This document shows positions 1 through 7,902 of a DNA stretch of 64,000 nucleotides, piece after piece. How positions within the stretch are numbered: the first letter of the stretch is position 1; the number at the start of each line of letters is the position of its first letter. The stretch lies in the IMG/VR virus record IMGVR_UViG_3300032562_000004, positions 171,813 through 235,812 of that record; one strand, 5' to 3'. Both the position numbers and the translations under genes were made by a program. The notes beneath the pieces are model-generated. The model was not told the origin of the DNA and did not search any database. It saw only the letters and a list, made by a program, of their open reading frames with translations.

Positions 1-294
1 TATTTTTTTATTAACTTGATATGGATTGGTGCTATAGTATCCAGCAATACTTCCAATAGTAATTAAAGTTACTTTTGAATCTTTTAAATCTTTTATGATA
101 TTTGCTTGTATAGTACCTGAATAGGCATTATTGAATACTATGTCCGCTGATTTCATTATAGACAAGCACTCGTCGTACTTTGTAGTTAAATCGTATCCGT
201 TACTACGACTTAACCCGATAACTTCTTCATTGGGGAATAATTCAACTATTTTGCTTCCTACTAAACCAGTATGTCCAGTGATTACTATCTTCAT
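1..294 (-). CDS. NAD(P)-binding Rossmann/SDR-like protein, 5' part only (runs off window)
   Basis: Manual translation from ATG at 294: MKIVITGHTGLVGSKIVELF...DIVFNNAY...ITIGSIAG (GxxGxxG and NNA motifs). Not in the ORF track because it is truncated. Confidence 0.75.
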   Translation of the reverse strand, partial: MKIVITGHTGLVGSKIVELFPNEEVIGLSRSNGYDLTTKYDECLSIMKSADIVFNNAYSGTIQANIIKDLKDSKVTLITIGSIAGYYSTNPYQVNKKI

Positions 295-310
295 TCTATA
301 TTTACCAACA

Positions 311-334
311 AAAAAAGGACCCGAAGGCCCTTTT
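311..334 (-). terminator. Rho-independent terminator with UUCG tetraloop
   Basis: Minus strand AAAAGGGCC-TTCG-GGTCC-TTTTTTT, directly after the 352..804 gene. Confidence 0.85.
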
Positions 335-351
335 AGTTTAACTCGTAAAAA

Positions 352-804
352 TTAGAACGAGTACTTAACACCTGCGGTTACGATGTTGCCATTGTAAGCC
401 TTAGTAATGTTATTACCTTTTTGGTAGGCATAATCAGCTACCAAATTTACATTCTTAACTACAGGATAGGCAATCCCTGCGCCAATAAATCCAGCACCAC
501 CATTACCTACGCCAGGTTTTTGTGTGTCAATAAATGCAGCTCCAGCACGAACATTAGTTTGTACGGGACCTAGTTTGATAACGTCATAACTCACAGATGC
601 TGTGTAACGATTAACATCAACAGCATTGGTAGTACTACGATCAAAAGTTCCTTGAACGCCAATTGCGCCAAATGATTGACCAACAGAAACGCCTGCGGTA
701 TCTTGTTTAGAGCCCATGTTGCGGCCACCAAAAACACCAACGTCAGTTGCGAAAGCAAAAGTAGTTGATGCTAATAATGCTACTGCTAAAATTACTTTTT
801 TCAT
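352..804 (-). CDS. Outer-membrane beta-barrel protein (Ail/Lom/OmpA-like)
   Basis: Signal peptide MKKVILAVALLASTTFAFA, alternating beta-strand pattern, C-terminal aromatic ...GVKYSF (BAM signal). Confidence 0.8.
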   Translation of the reverse strand: MKKVILAVALLASTTFAFATDVGVFGGRNMGSKQDTAGVSVGQSFGAIGVQGTFDRSTTNAVDVNRYTASVSYDVIKLGPVQTNVRAGAAFIDTQKPGVGNGGAGFIGAGIAYPVVKNVNLVADYAYQKGNNITKAYNGNIVTAGVKYSF

Positions 805-922
805 ACTAATAGTTCCTTTATGTTTATACTACTGAACAAATATTTATTGTTTTTTTGCGTTGGCCTGCAAAAATTGCTAGGTTTTGGCATATTTTTAAGT
901 TTAATATACGCATATAATGAAG

Positions 923-950
923 TCAAAAGAATAGGGGTCGAAGCCCCTAT
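923..950 (-). terminator. Rho-independent terminator ending the tmRNA transcript
   Basis: Minus strand ATAGGGG-CTTCGA-CCCCTAT-TCTTTT. Confidence 0.85.
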
Positions 951-1292
951 CTGTTATTTTCTGTTTCGACGGATAACTCCGCAAAGCAGTGATTAAACTG
1001 CTAATGTTTGGCGTTGTGCTGTACGAGCAGAGAAACGAATTCCCTTACCTGAAACAGTTACTTCGCCTTTAGATGCGTTTGCATTTAAGTTTTTCGCTTG
1101 ATTTACAGTCATCGCCTACTGTGTTGCCTCTTTCATTATCTCACCATGTCGAAACCTTGTCATCCCCACTGAAACATACTACAGCTTTTGGCCTCGCTAC
1201 CGATAACTCGGTTCGGTAATATGCTTCGGTGGAGATGCCGGGAATCGAACCCGGGTCCACAGCGCCTTCACTACGAAGGAATTACAACAATT
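951..1292 (-). ncRNA. ssrA: Circularly permuted (two-piece) tmRNA: acceptor piece ~1292..1228, intervening segment 1227..1168, coding piece 1167..~951
   Basis: T-arm plus 3' acceptor strand GGACCCGGGTTCGATTCCCGG-CATCTCC-ACC precedes the 5' strand GGGGATG-ACAAGGTTTCGAC. The 7-bp acceptor stem has G3.U70. A resume context AAACTTAAAT-GCA-AAC is followed by a tag ORF. Confidence 0.9.
993..1082 (-). other. tmRNA tag reading frame ANASKGEVTVSGKGIRFSARTAQRQTLAV*
   Basis: Resume codon GCA at 1082..1080, 29 sense codons, TAA at 995..993. Confidence 0.8.
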
Positions 1293-1294
1293 CT

Positions 1295-1498
1295 TTACAG
1301 CGGAAGAATATTTGATGCTTGCTTGCCTTTAGGGCCTGCCACTACATCGAATGTTACCGCTTGATTCTCTTTTAAACTCTTAAAACCATTTGTGCTAATT
1401 GCGGAAAAATGTGCAAACAATTCCTCACCACCAGCATCGGGGGTAATAAATCCAAACCCTTTTGCATCATTAAACCACTTTACTTTACCTGTTGCCAT
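1295..1498 (-). CDS. cspA: Cold-shock protein (CSD)
   Basis: [18 protein letters not shown] (RNP1) and LFAHFSAI (RNP2), 67 aa. Confidence 0.97.
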   Translation of the reverse strand: MATGKVKWFNDAKGFGFITPDAGGEELFAHFSAISTNGFKSLKENQAVTFDVVAGPKGKQASNILPL

Positions 1499-1525
1499 GT
1501 TACTTTACTTCCTTTATTAAAAACT

Positions 1526-1555
1526 ATTATACTACTATTTTACCTATTTTGTCAA
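1526..1555 (-). promoter_or_regulatory. sigma70-type promoter for cspA/tmRNA
   Basis: TTGACA-N18-TATAAT upstream of the cspA SD. Confidence 0.75.
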
Positions 1556-1742
1556 CCAATTTGATATAAACAAGCGTAGCGTGATACTTAATATATCTAA
1601 CCACTCTAAAACTCAAATGAGCATTAGTAGGTATATTTAGTATTGATCGGTTCCGAATTGCTGGCAATGGACCACAACCTAATCTGCTCCACTCTTCTTC
1701 AGAGTAATAATACTGTTCAACTGGTTTTTTGTTCTGTTCCAT
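1527..1742 (-). CDS. Hypothetical protein
   Basis: 71-aa ORF preceded by a TAAATA motif. Confidence 0.55.
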   Translation of the reverse strand: MEQNKKPVEQYYYSEEEWSRLGCGPLPAIRNRSILNIPTNAHLSFRVVRYIKYHATLVYIKLVDKIGKIVV

Positions 1743-1784
1743 AAATCTATTTAGTACTGGTAGGCCTTGTTACTTAAAGACATT

Positions 1785-1860
1785 TGGTGGTCCGGGTAGG
1801 ACTTGCACCCACACTCCCCGAATTATGAGTTCGACGCTTTACTTTTTAAGCTACCGGGCC
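1785..1860 (-). tRNA. tRNA with CAU anticodon, probably Ile2 (lysidine type) rather than Met
   Basis: GGCCCGG...TCGAA-CTCATAA-TTCGG...GTGGG-TGCAAGT-CCTAC-CCGGACC-A-CCA, 76 nt with encoded CCA. C4-G69/C5-G68 pairs favour Ile2. Confidence 0.88.
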
Positions 1861-1877
1861 ATCTTTACTACATTGTA

Positions 1878-1906
1878 AGTATAACATCGTTAGCTATAAT
1901 TGTCAA
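1878..1906 (-). promoter_or_regulatory. sigma70-type promoter for the tRNA
   Basis: TTGACA-N17-TATACT ending 17 nt before the tRNA 5' end. Confidence 0.75.
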
Positions 1907-2258
1907 GAAATTTTTCTAGACTACCATACAAATTAGCTAATACTGCTTCTTTACTACCAAAAAAAACAATAGACTTTGGTACACCTTTAGTAGTTATAAT
2001 ATAGTAAGGCATTTGAAGTTTTCTATCAAGGTCTAGTATTGTATGCTGATTAAACTTCATAGGATCATCAATGCGATATTCATAAAATTCAAGGTCTAAT
2101 GTATCGGCTAAAGCAAACCAACCTAATTGAGTTAATCTAAGTCCGCCAGTTGGACGCAAATTATACCACCATGATACTCTAGCTGATTCTACGCTAATGC
2201 GTTGTTCTTCCGGGAGTTGATTTACTAATTGTTCTGTAAGTTTGAGTTTGTTACGCAC
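1890..2258 (-). CDS. Hypothetical phage protein
   Basis: 122-aa ORF in operon. Confidence 0.7.
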   Translation of the reverse strand: MRNKLKLTEQLVNQLPEEQRISVESARVSWWYNLRPTGGLRLTQLGWFALADTLDLEFYEYRIDDPMKFNQHTILDLDRKLQMPYYIITTKGVPKSIVFFGSKEAVLANLYGSLEKFLDNYS

Positions 2259-2265
2259 AGTAATA

Positions 2266-2553
2266 TCAAGGATATACTTTTTCGCCTTGCTTGAGTAACA
2301 CTACGCTAAACTTATCAGTTTTGAATTGTGTGTTGAGTTTTTTGGCAAGATTGATTGCGTGACCTGGATTACTAAAACTTACTTTTTTATATTTAGGTCC
2401 AGGGTACTGAACTAATAAATTAGAAGTTTTAAGATTAACTGGTTTATTATCAAAGTAAACGGCCCATACTCCTTCCGAAGCAAGTACTTGCTCGGTTTTG
2501 TATGTTTGCTTGTTTGTAAGCTCAGCTAAAATGGTTGGCTTGGGGCGACTCAC
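2266..2553 (-). CDS. Hypothetical phage protein (MSRPKPT...)
   Basis: 95-aa ORF, GTG start overlapping the upstream stop (GTGA). Confidence 0.75.
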   Translation of the reverse strand: MSRPKPTILAELTNKQTYKTEQVLASEGVWAVYFDNKPVNLKTSNLLVQYPGPKYKKVSFSNPGHAINLAKKLNTQFKTDKFSVVLLKQGEKVYP

Positions 2554-3152
2554 TTAGAATTCCTTTTGAATAGTTCTTTTCGTGCTTCAGATATTTTTTT
2601 ACAAGTTTCTGGAGAACGCTTTTTACCTTTGTGGAGCAACGATATTTTTTGTTTGAATTCCTCACTTCGTGGAACCATTATTTGTTTAGCTCTAGCATCT
2701 TTTATTTTTTGTTTTGTTTCGTCACTATGCTTTTTTCCTAACATAGTAGGCGCTTGTTTTGCTCTAGCAGTTCGAATCTTTTCTTTACTAGACTCTGTAT
2801 GTCTATAGTTTTTACTATTTTCTCTAATTTTTTGTCTAGTGGACTCTTTTACAGTACCGTAACTACCTCCCATTAATCCATCTTCGGGTTTAATGTTAGC
2901 CCATTCTGCTGACTCGACAATTTTGTTTTCTGTAGAAAATTTTAAAGCGTATTCGACTAATGTTTCTTTATTATCGAATAGCTGACACCAAACGGTAGTA
3001 ACATCTAGACCGTGTTTATTAAGATGTGCCCGCCAGTGTACGCCAGATCCTAAATATTTGTTAGGATCCCGTATAGTTTTTCCAAAGTATTTTAGACCGG
3101 TAGTATTATGTTGCTTAATGTACAACCAGGTAGGTTTAAACGGTTTCGACAT
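2550..3152 (-). mobile_element. Free-standing GIY-YIG homing endonuclease with NUMOD3-type repeats
   Basis: WLYIKQHNTTGLKYFGKT...YLGSG..W N-terminus, ANIKPEDG, and repeats HTESSKEKIR / HSDETKQKIK / RSEEFKQKIS. Confidence 0.85.
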
Positions 3153-3190
3153 AGTATATTATTTAGTCATAATATACCTACTTATTTCAT

Positions 3191-3403
3191 TTATTTGAAC
3201 CCACCGCCATCAATTTTAAGTTCAATAACCTGGTCCTGCTGGGGCTTTAATGCGGCTGTTTGTAGGGTTCTAAGTTCAAGTAATAGCTCGGTTAAGTCCG
3301 CGGCCATGCCTTTAGCATCTTTCATTGGCATAACAAAGTCTTTACTACCCCGAGCATCATTACCTCGAACCCGCTCAATAAATTTTTGTAAGTGTAAGCT
3401 CAA
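3191..3403 (-). CDS. Hypothetical protein
   Basis: 70-aa ORF in operon. Confidence 0.7.
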   Translation of the reverse strand: MSLHLQKFIERVRGNDARGSKDFVMPMKDAKGMAADLTELLLELRTLQTAALKPQQDQVIELKIDGGGFK

Positions 3404-3774
3404 TGTTCTCTCTTTAAAAAGTTAGCTAGCTTAGGTGGTTCCCATCCCAATGGTTTAAGAATTTTACCATCTTCACGACGGCGTACTTTGCCCAGTTGAC
3501 GGTCAATTTTGGCAAAGTTAGTAGCCATTACCTCACGCCAAGCACCTTCACCATCTGCGCCCATCGAATTGATTGCTCCGATAGTAACGACAATAATATC
3601 GATTAAAGCATCAAGAGTTTCAACTTGATTTTTATTAGCAATAGCTACTTGTAGCTCGTCGTATTCTTCTGTAATCAATTTGGAGTAAAGTCTAAACTGA
3701 TCATCATTCATGCCTGAGATAGTCTGCTCGCAAGCTGTCATAAATTTTGCTGAATCCTTAAACGGGTTTGTCAT
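3400..3774 (-). CDS. MazG-like/all-alpha NTP pyrophosphohydrolase
   Basis: EEYDEL...ETLDALIDIIVV...SNFAK-like and GKILKP motifs. Start moved to ATG 3774 (MTNPFKD), which overlaps the upstream stop. Confidence 0.8.
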   Translation of the reverse strand: MTNPFKDSAKFMTACEQTISGMNDDQFRLYSKLITEEYDELQVAIANKNQVETLDALIDIIVVTIGAINSMGADGEGAWREVMATNFAKIDRQLGKVRRREDGKILKPLGWEPPKLANFLKREH

Positions 3775-4391
3775 ACTTTTTCCTTTTTCTTTAATTGTGC
3801 GTTGCGTCTTGCTTCGGACCAAGGCTTACCTTTATGCTGTGATCCATAAATCTTTTTTCTCTCTTCTTCTGTAAGAGAACTTCTATGTTGTAATGCCTTT
3901 TCTTGCATCACTACTTTTGTATCTTCTGAATGTTCTTTATCTCTAAACGGATTATTTTCCTTCATCCATTCTCTGTGTTTTTCTTTTCTTCTCTTTGCTT
4001 CTTCTTTATCCTGTTGTATCTCTTCGTAAGTCTTGCCTTTGTTTTTACCTGGCTTACCTCTGCTGGCATTGCCTATTTTAGTTTTTGCTTCTTCGGTATG
4101 ACTAAACGGACCACCATCGCCTGCTTCTGGTTTTAAGTTAGCCCACTCTGGACTATCTACTACCTGCCATAAGTCACTGTAGTACAGGCCCCAGGCTCTT
4201 ATTTCTTCATTATCTTTACACTCTTTTAATATTTCTGTATCAACATCATTGCCGTGTTTCTCGATATGAGCTGACCAACGCTTACCAGAACCTTTGTAAG
4301 TGTACGGATCTTGATTAGTCTTACCTAAATATTTTAATCCGGTTTTACGATGAGTTTTAATGTACAAGTAAATCATATTGTACTTAGTCAT
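3771..4391 (-). mobile_element. Free-standing GIY-YIG homing endonuclease
   Basis: YLYIKTHRKTGLKYLGKT..DPYTYKGSG, WANLKPEAGDGG, NUMOD3-like HTEEAKTKI / HSEDTK. Confidence 0.85.
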
Positions 4392-4408
4392 CGTAAAGGG
4401 TTAGTCAT

Positions 4409-4585
4409 TTATTTCTCTTGTATCTTTTTCACTTCTATACAAGCCCATCCCGATGCTGATTTAACAAGTACTCCATCATTCATTTCGCATTGGTTAGCTC
4501 TTTGTATTTGCTGATAAATCAAAAAAGGAACGGATAACAATATCAATAAAAGTATTGGCGGCCAAATTTTTTCAATTAAATTCAT
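4409..4585 (-). CDS. Small membrane protein (not in ORF track)
   Basis: Manual translation MNLIEKIWPPILLLILLSVPFLIYQQIQRANQCEMNDGVLVKSASGWACIEVKKIQEK*, 58 aa with one hydrophobic helix; overlaps the upstream stop. Confidence 0.7.
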   Translation of the reverse strand: MNLIEKIWPPILLLILLSVPFLIYQQIQRANQCEMNDGVLVKSASGWACIEVKKIQEK

Positions 4586-5031
4586 TTAGGTAGTGCCTCT
4601 TCTTTAGTTTGAAATGGACCCTCGTAAGGGTAGCGTTGTAATACAATTAATTTAGGATCTTGCATAGCCGCCCAATGACGACCTTTCTTGACTGTGTACC
4701 AACCAGCCGCATACCAAGATTTACTTTTCTTTGTTTTAGTGTAAACTGGTAGCTTTTGTGGAACGTCCCACATAGGATTATATACACGACCTGCTGCCGG
4801 AAAGCCATGTACTATATTGGTTGTTTTCTTTTTCTCAGGTTTAATAATAGCTTCAAAAGTAACATTGATATTTCGTTCAACTAATTTAATACTTTTGTAT
4901 TGTGCTACTACTTGATTATTAATCTTAACTTGATAGCCGCCATCGCAGGCTTCAATGTTCCCTACTTTATTATTATTTTCTTGTAAAATCCAAAACTGTT
5001 TATCTATTACGGGTTTAGCTACTAGACTCAT
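4582..5031 (-). CDS. Hypothetical phage protein
   Basis: 149-aa ORF in operon. Confidence 0.7.
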   Translation of the reverse strand: MSLVAKPVIDKQFWILQENNNKVGNIEACDGGYQVKINNQVVAQYKSIKLVERNINVTFEAIIKPEKKKTTNIVHGFPAAGRVYNPMWDVPQKLPVYTKTKKSKSWYAAGWYTVKKGRHWAAMQDPKLIVLQRYPYEGPFQTKEEALPK

Positions 5032-5228
5032 TTAGTCATCCTTTTTCTACATTGTTCTTTTACTGCTACAGGATAGTCGGGACTAATCTCTGCGATACCA
5101 CAATCATACTTTACTGTTACATGGCGTACATCTGCGGGCCAAAATGCTAAGGCTAATATAGTTAACAATACAGCAAATGTTACCGTAGTCCAAAACATAT
5201 CTTTAGCCATATTATTCTTCAACTCCAA
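5028..5228 (-). CDS. Small membrane protein
   Basis: Hydrophobic segment FWTTVTFAVLLTILALAFW. Confidence 0.6.
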   Translation of the reverse strand: MELKNNMAKDMFWTTVTFAVLLTILALAFWPADVRHVTVKYDCGIAEISPDYPVAVKEQCRKRMTK

Positions 5229-5424
5229 AATGTTCTTTAATTACTCTGCCTACACCTAGAGTAATACCTTCGGCTTCTGAATTATGGTCATTGGCAACTT
5301 CGGCACATTCCTGAACAATCAACTCGGCGAACTTGGCTAAATCGTCGTGCGACATATTGCCATCGCTTAGATTATTATCAGTGATACCAGCCTGTTCAGC
5401 AAGTTGTTTAATCTTCTCGTTCAT
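5212..5424 (-). CDS. Hypothetical protein (MNEKIKQLAEQAG...)
   Basis: Internal ATG downstream of a TTGACC-N17-TACAAT promoter is more plausible than the track start at 5478. Confidence 0.65.
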   Translation of the reverse strand: MNEKIKQLAEQAGITDNNLSDGNMSHDDLAKFAELIVQECAEVANDHNSEAEGITLGVGRVIKEHFGVEE

Positions 5425-5527
5425 TGCTTTAATTCCCAAATTTAATTGTATGCTACTATTGTAACAGAATTTAACCATACGGTCAACTATTTTGGTAACC
5501 TAATAAAATTAACGAAAGATAAATATG

Positions 5528-5597
5528 AACTAAATAAGTGTAGTTCGCGATCCTGGCAGATCCAACTACTCTAACAGTTAAAAAGGAACTATTAGCA
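5528..5597 (+). promoter_or_regulatory. Late promoter plus conserved structured leader of homing endonuclease (copy 1)
   Basis: AACTAAATA-AGTGTAGTTCGC-GATC-CTGGCA-GATC-CAACTACTCTAAC...AAGGA; shared with 36961 and 31025. Confidence 0.8.
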
Positions 5598-6338
5598 ATG
5601 ACTATTTACACGCTTTACATTAAGACGCATAAGAAAACAGGACTAAAATATTTAGGTCAAACTCATTACGATCCCTATGAATACAAAGGTTCGGGGATTG
5701 ATTGGAAAAAACATATTAAACAGTATGGAGACGATATTACTACTCAAGTTATTTATTCCGGAAAAAATCGTAATGAAATGTCGTCCTTGGGCAGATATTA
5801 CAGCAACCTATACCGCATTACAACTTCTGTGGATGATTTTGGCAACAGAATTTGGGCTAACAGAACTATAGAAAACGGTGGAGGCGGATGGAACATAGGT
5901 AAAACATACTCTACAGAAGAACGAAAAAAGTTTGGGCATACTAAGCATAAGGGTTCTAAACGAACAGATAAACAAAAACAAAAAATGAAGGATAATCACG
6001 CAGATTTTTCTGGTAGCAATAATCCTAACTATGGCAAAAAAGCAAAAGATTCAACACTTACAAAAATGAGAGTCTCAAAAGTAAGAGTATGTCGCATAGT
6101 TGATCGCAAAGAAATGTCTGTAAACGAACTTACTGGCTGGATTAAGCGAGGCTGTAATCTAAAAGACAACTATCGACATGATCCTACTATCTATTCATTT
6201 ACTAACCTAATAACTAACGAAACTATTACTGCTACTAAACGAGAAATGATTGAACGATACAATCTAGATCAAAGTGCTATGAGTAGAGTATTAACCAGAA
6301 AGTTAAAATCTACTAAGGGATGGTCTTTAACTTTGTAG
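5598..6338 (+). mobile_element. Free-standing GIY-YIG homing endonuclease, antisense to flanking genes
   Basis: TLYIKTHKKTGLKYLGQT..DPYEYKGSG, WANRTIENGGG, GSNNPNYGK and a C-terminal HTH-like tail; overlaps the RNase H 3' end. Confidence 0.85.
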
Positions 6339-7328
6339 TGATCCAGTGTAGTGCTTATTAAGCCAATCACCAAATGTTGCTGCGTTTTCGCTTACCTTTG
6401 TAAGTTCGTAACGCCCACAAAATTTAAGGAAGTGACTACCAACTTGTCCTACATCCTTGTGACTAATTTGTTCCTTAATAGTATCATCTACTACTTCTTT
6501 AACATCATCTGGTTGCGCTGTTAAATCTACTAATGCTACATTACGCTGATAATCGTCCAACACACGATGTTCTACACCATCTGGATCCGTCCAGCGTTGT
6601 AGCATCATATTGTTCCAATTATATCCCTTTTTGTCCTTGTCAGCGAATGCCTCCACAAGGCCAACCTTGTTTTTAGTGCCCTTTGTTCTGACACCGGGAA
6701 ATGCCGAAAAGACATTGTCGCTCGAATCGCCGCGCATACATTTCTCAAAAAGTAACCACTGTGGATCCGGTATTGTTTTTGGTTCTTTAGTTTTCTTGTC
6801 GATGACTGGTCTACCTTTGGCATCAAAGATTCCTTCTATAGTATGTAATTCGTCGGTAATTCCGTTATACTGCTTGACATTTTGTGCTAATAATTGAACA
6901 AAGTCAGTATCACTGCTGATAATAACGTGTTCATCTTGTGGATGTAATGCGATCCAACGAGCTATAATATCATCCCCTTCTGCTGTTGGGCAACGGATAA
7001 CACTACAGTTTGTTTTCTCTGACAAGTATTTAGTCAAGGAATCATAGGTTTCCCAGAACATCTTATCTTCTTCTTGTTCTGCTTCTGTAAGCGCAGCTCT
7101 AGATACAGCACGATTAGCCTTATATGGTTTGTAGAAGTCTTTGCGCCAACTGCGCCCTTCTAAAGCAAATACCACATGATCCGCCTCAAATCGACGAGCC
7201 ATTTTGTTAGCGGCCATTAATGTTACATGGAGGGCAAATCCTACCTTTTCCCAAGTATCACTAGCACGAAAGGCTCCATGTCTAGCACGAAAGAAAAGAT
7301 TAGCGGTATCTATAAGAACATATTTCAT
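6327..7328 (-). CDS. rnh: T4 RNase H-like 5'-3' exonuclease (FEN family)
   Basis: LIDTANLFFR, EGDDII, ISSDTDFVQL, GDSSDNV motifs. Confidence 0.9.
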   Translation of the reverse strand: MKYVLIDTANLFFRARHGAFRASDTWEKVGFALHVTLMAANKMARRFEADHVVFALEGRSWRKDFYKPYKANRAVSRAALTEAEQEEDKMFWETYDSLTKYLSEKTNCSVIRCPTAEGDDIIARWIALHPQDEHVIISSDTDFVQLLAQNVKQYNGITDELHTIEGIFDAKGRPVIDKKTKEPKTIPDPQWLLFEKCMRGDSSDNVFSAFPGVRTKGTKNKVGLVEAFADKDKKGYNWNNMMLQRWTDPDGVEHRVLDDYQRNVALVDLTAQPDDVKEVVDDTIKEQISHKDVGQVGSHFLKFCGRYELTKVSENAATFGDWLNKHYTGSLQS

Positions 7329-7334
7329 ACAAAC

Positions 7335-7363
7335 AGTATAGCAGAACTTATATTAAAAGTCAA
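7335..7363 (-). promoter_or_regulatory. sigma70-type promoter for rnh
   Basis: TTGACT-N17-TATACT just before the ATG; no SD visible. Confidence 0.7.
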
Positions 7364-7902
7364 ACGAAATTGTTGGTAATAATGTAATTTAGGAGTAAAC
7401 GGTTCCAAAAAGAATGCCCGTCTTTACCAAAATGCTTAGAATTTGGGGATACCGTTTCGATATTGGCATTACGAATTTTATCTTCGTAAGTATCTGATAT
7501 AAAGCTATTGTTCCAATCGTGTTGGATGTTAAAAGATTGGCTACTGTTAAAAAATATATGTTTAATATTTTGGTTGGCTAATTCCAAATGAAATTGCCAA
7601 ATTTTTCCTTCATCTTCAGCAGTAGCAGGCCATTGGATAATAACTAAAACATCCTGCTTTTTCTCGTCTAACCATTTTTTTGTTGCGGCTATAATATCAT
7701 CGGTGGTATTATCAACATACGCTTCGCAATGAAAACTATAACGAAGGGCTAGACTTAACATCTTGCCCCAACTGATTGCTATATTATCAGGATGCGGTAG
7801 TTGGCCTAAATGAGCTATTCTTGCGTCATCGCCGGCAACAATATATTGATTTACAGCTTCGGCGGCTGTGGTGTGACTATCACCGTTTACATATAATATC
7901 AT
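7360..7902 (-). CDS. Hypothetical, SGNH/GDSL-like
   Basis: N-terminal LYVNGDS and C-terminal HFGKDGH resemble SGNH blocks I and V. Confidence 0.5.
   Translation of the reverse strand: MILYVNGDSHTTAAEAVNQYIVAGDDARIAHLGQLPHPDNIAISWGKMLSLALRYSFHCEAYVDNTTDDIIAATKKWLDEKKQDVLVIIQWPATAEDEGKIWQFHLELANQNIKHIFFNSSQSFNIQHDWNNSFISDTYEDKIRNANIETVSPNSKHFGKDGHSFWNRLLLNYIITNNFV

Noticed and set aside
131-355. Plus-strand 74-aa ORF from the track
   Set aside because: It is antisense to a Rossmann-fold gene (1..294, minus) and crosses a terminator; a shadow ORF.
1228-1260. Apparent stand-alone tRNA 3' half
   Set aside because: There is no anticodon arm upstream; it pairs with GGGGATG downstream and is the acceptor piece of the permuted tmRNA.
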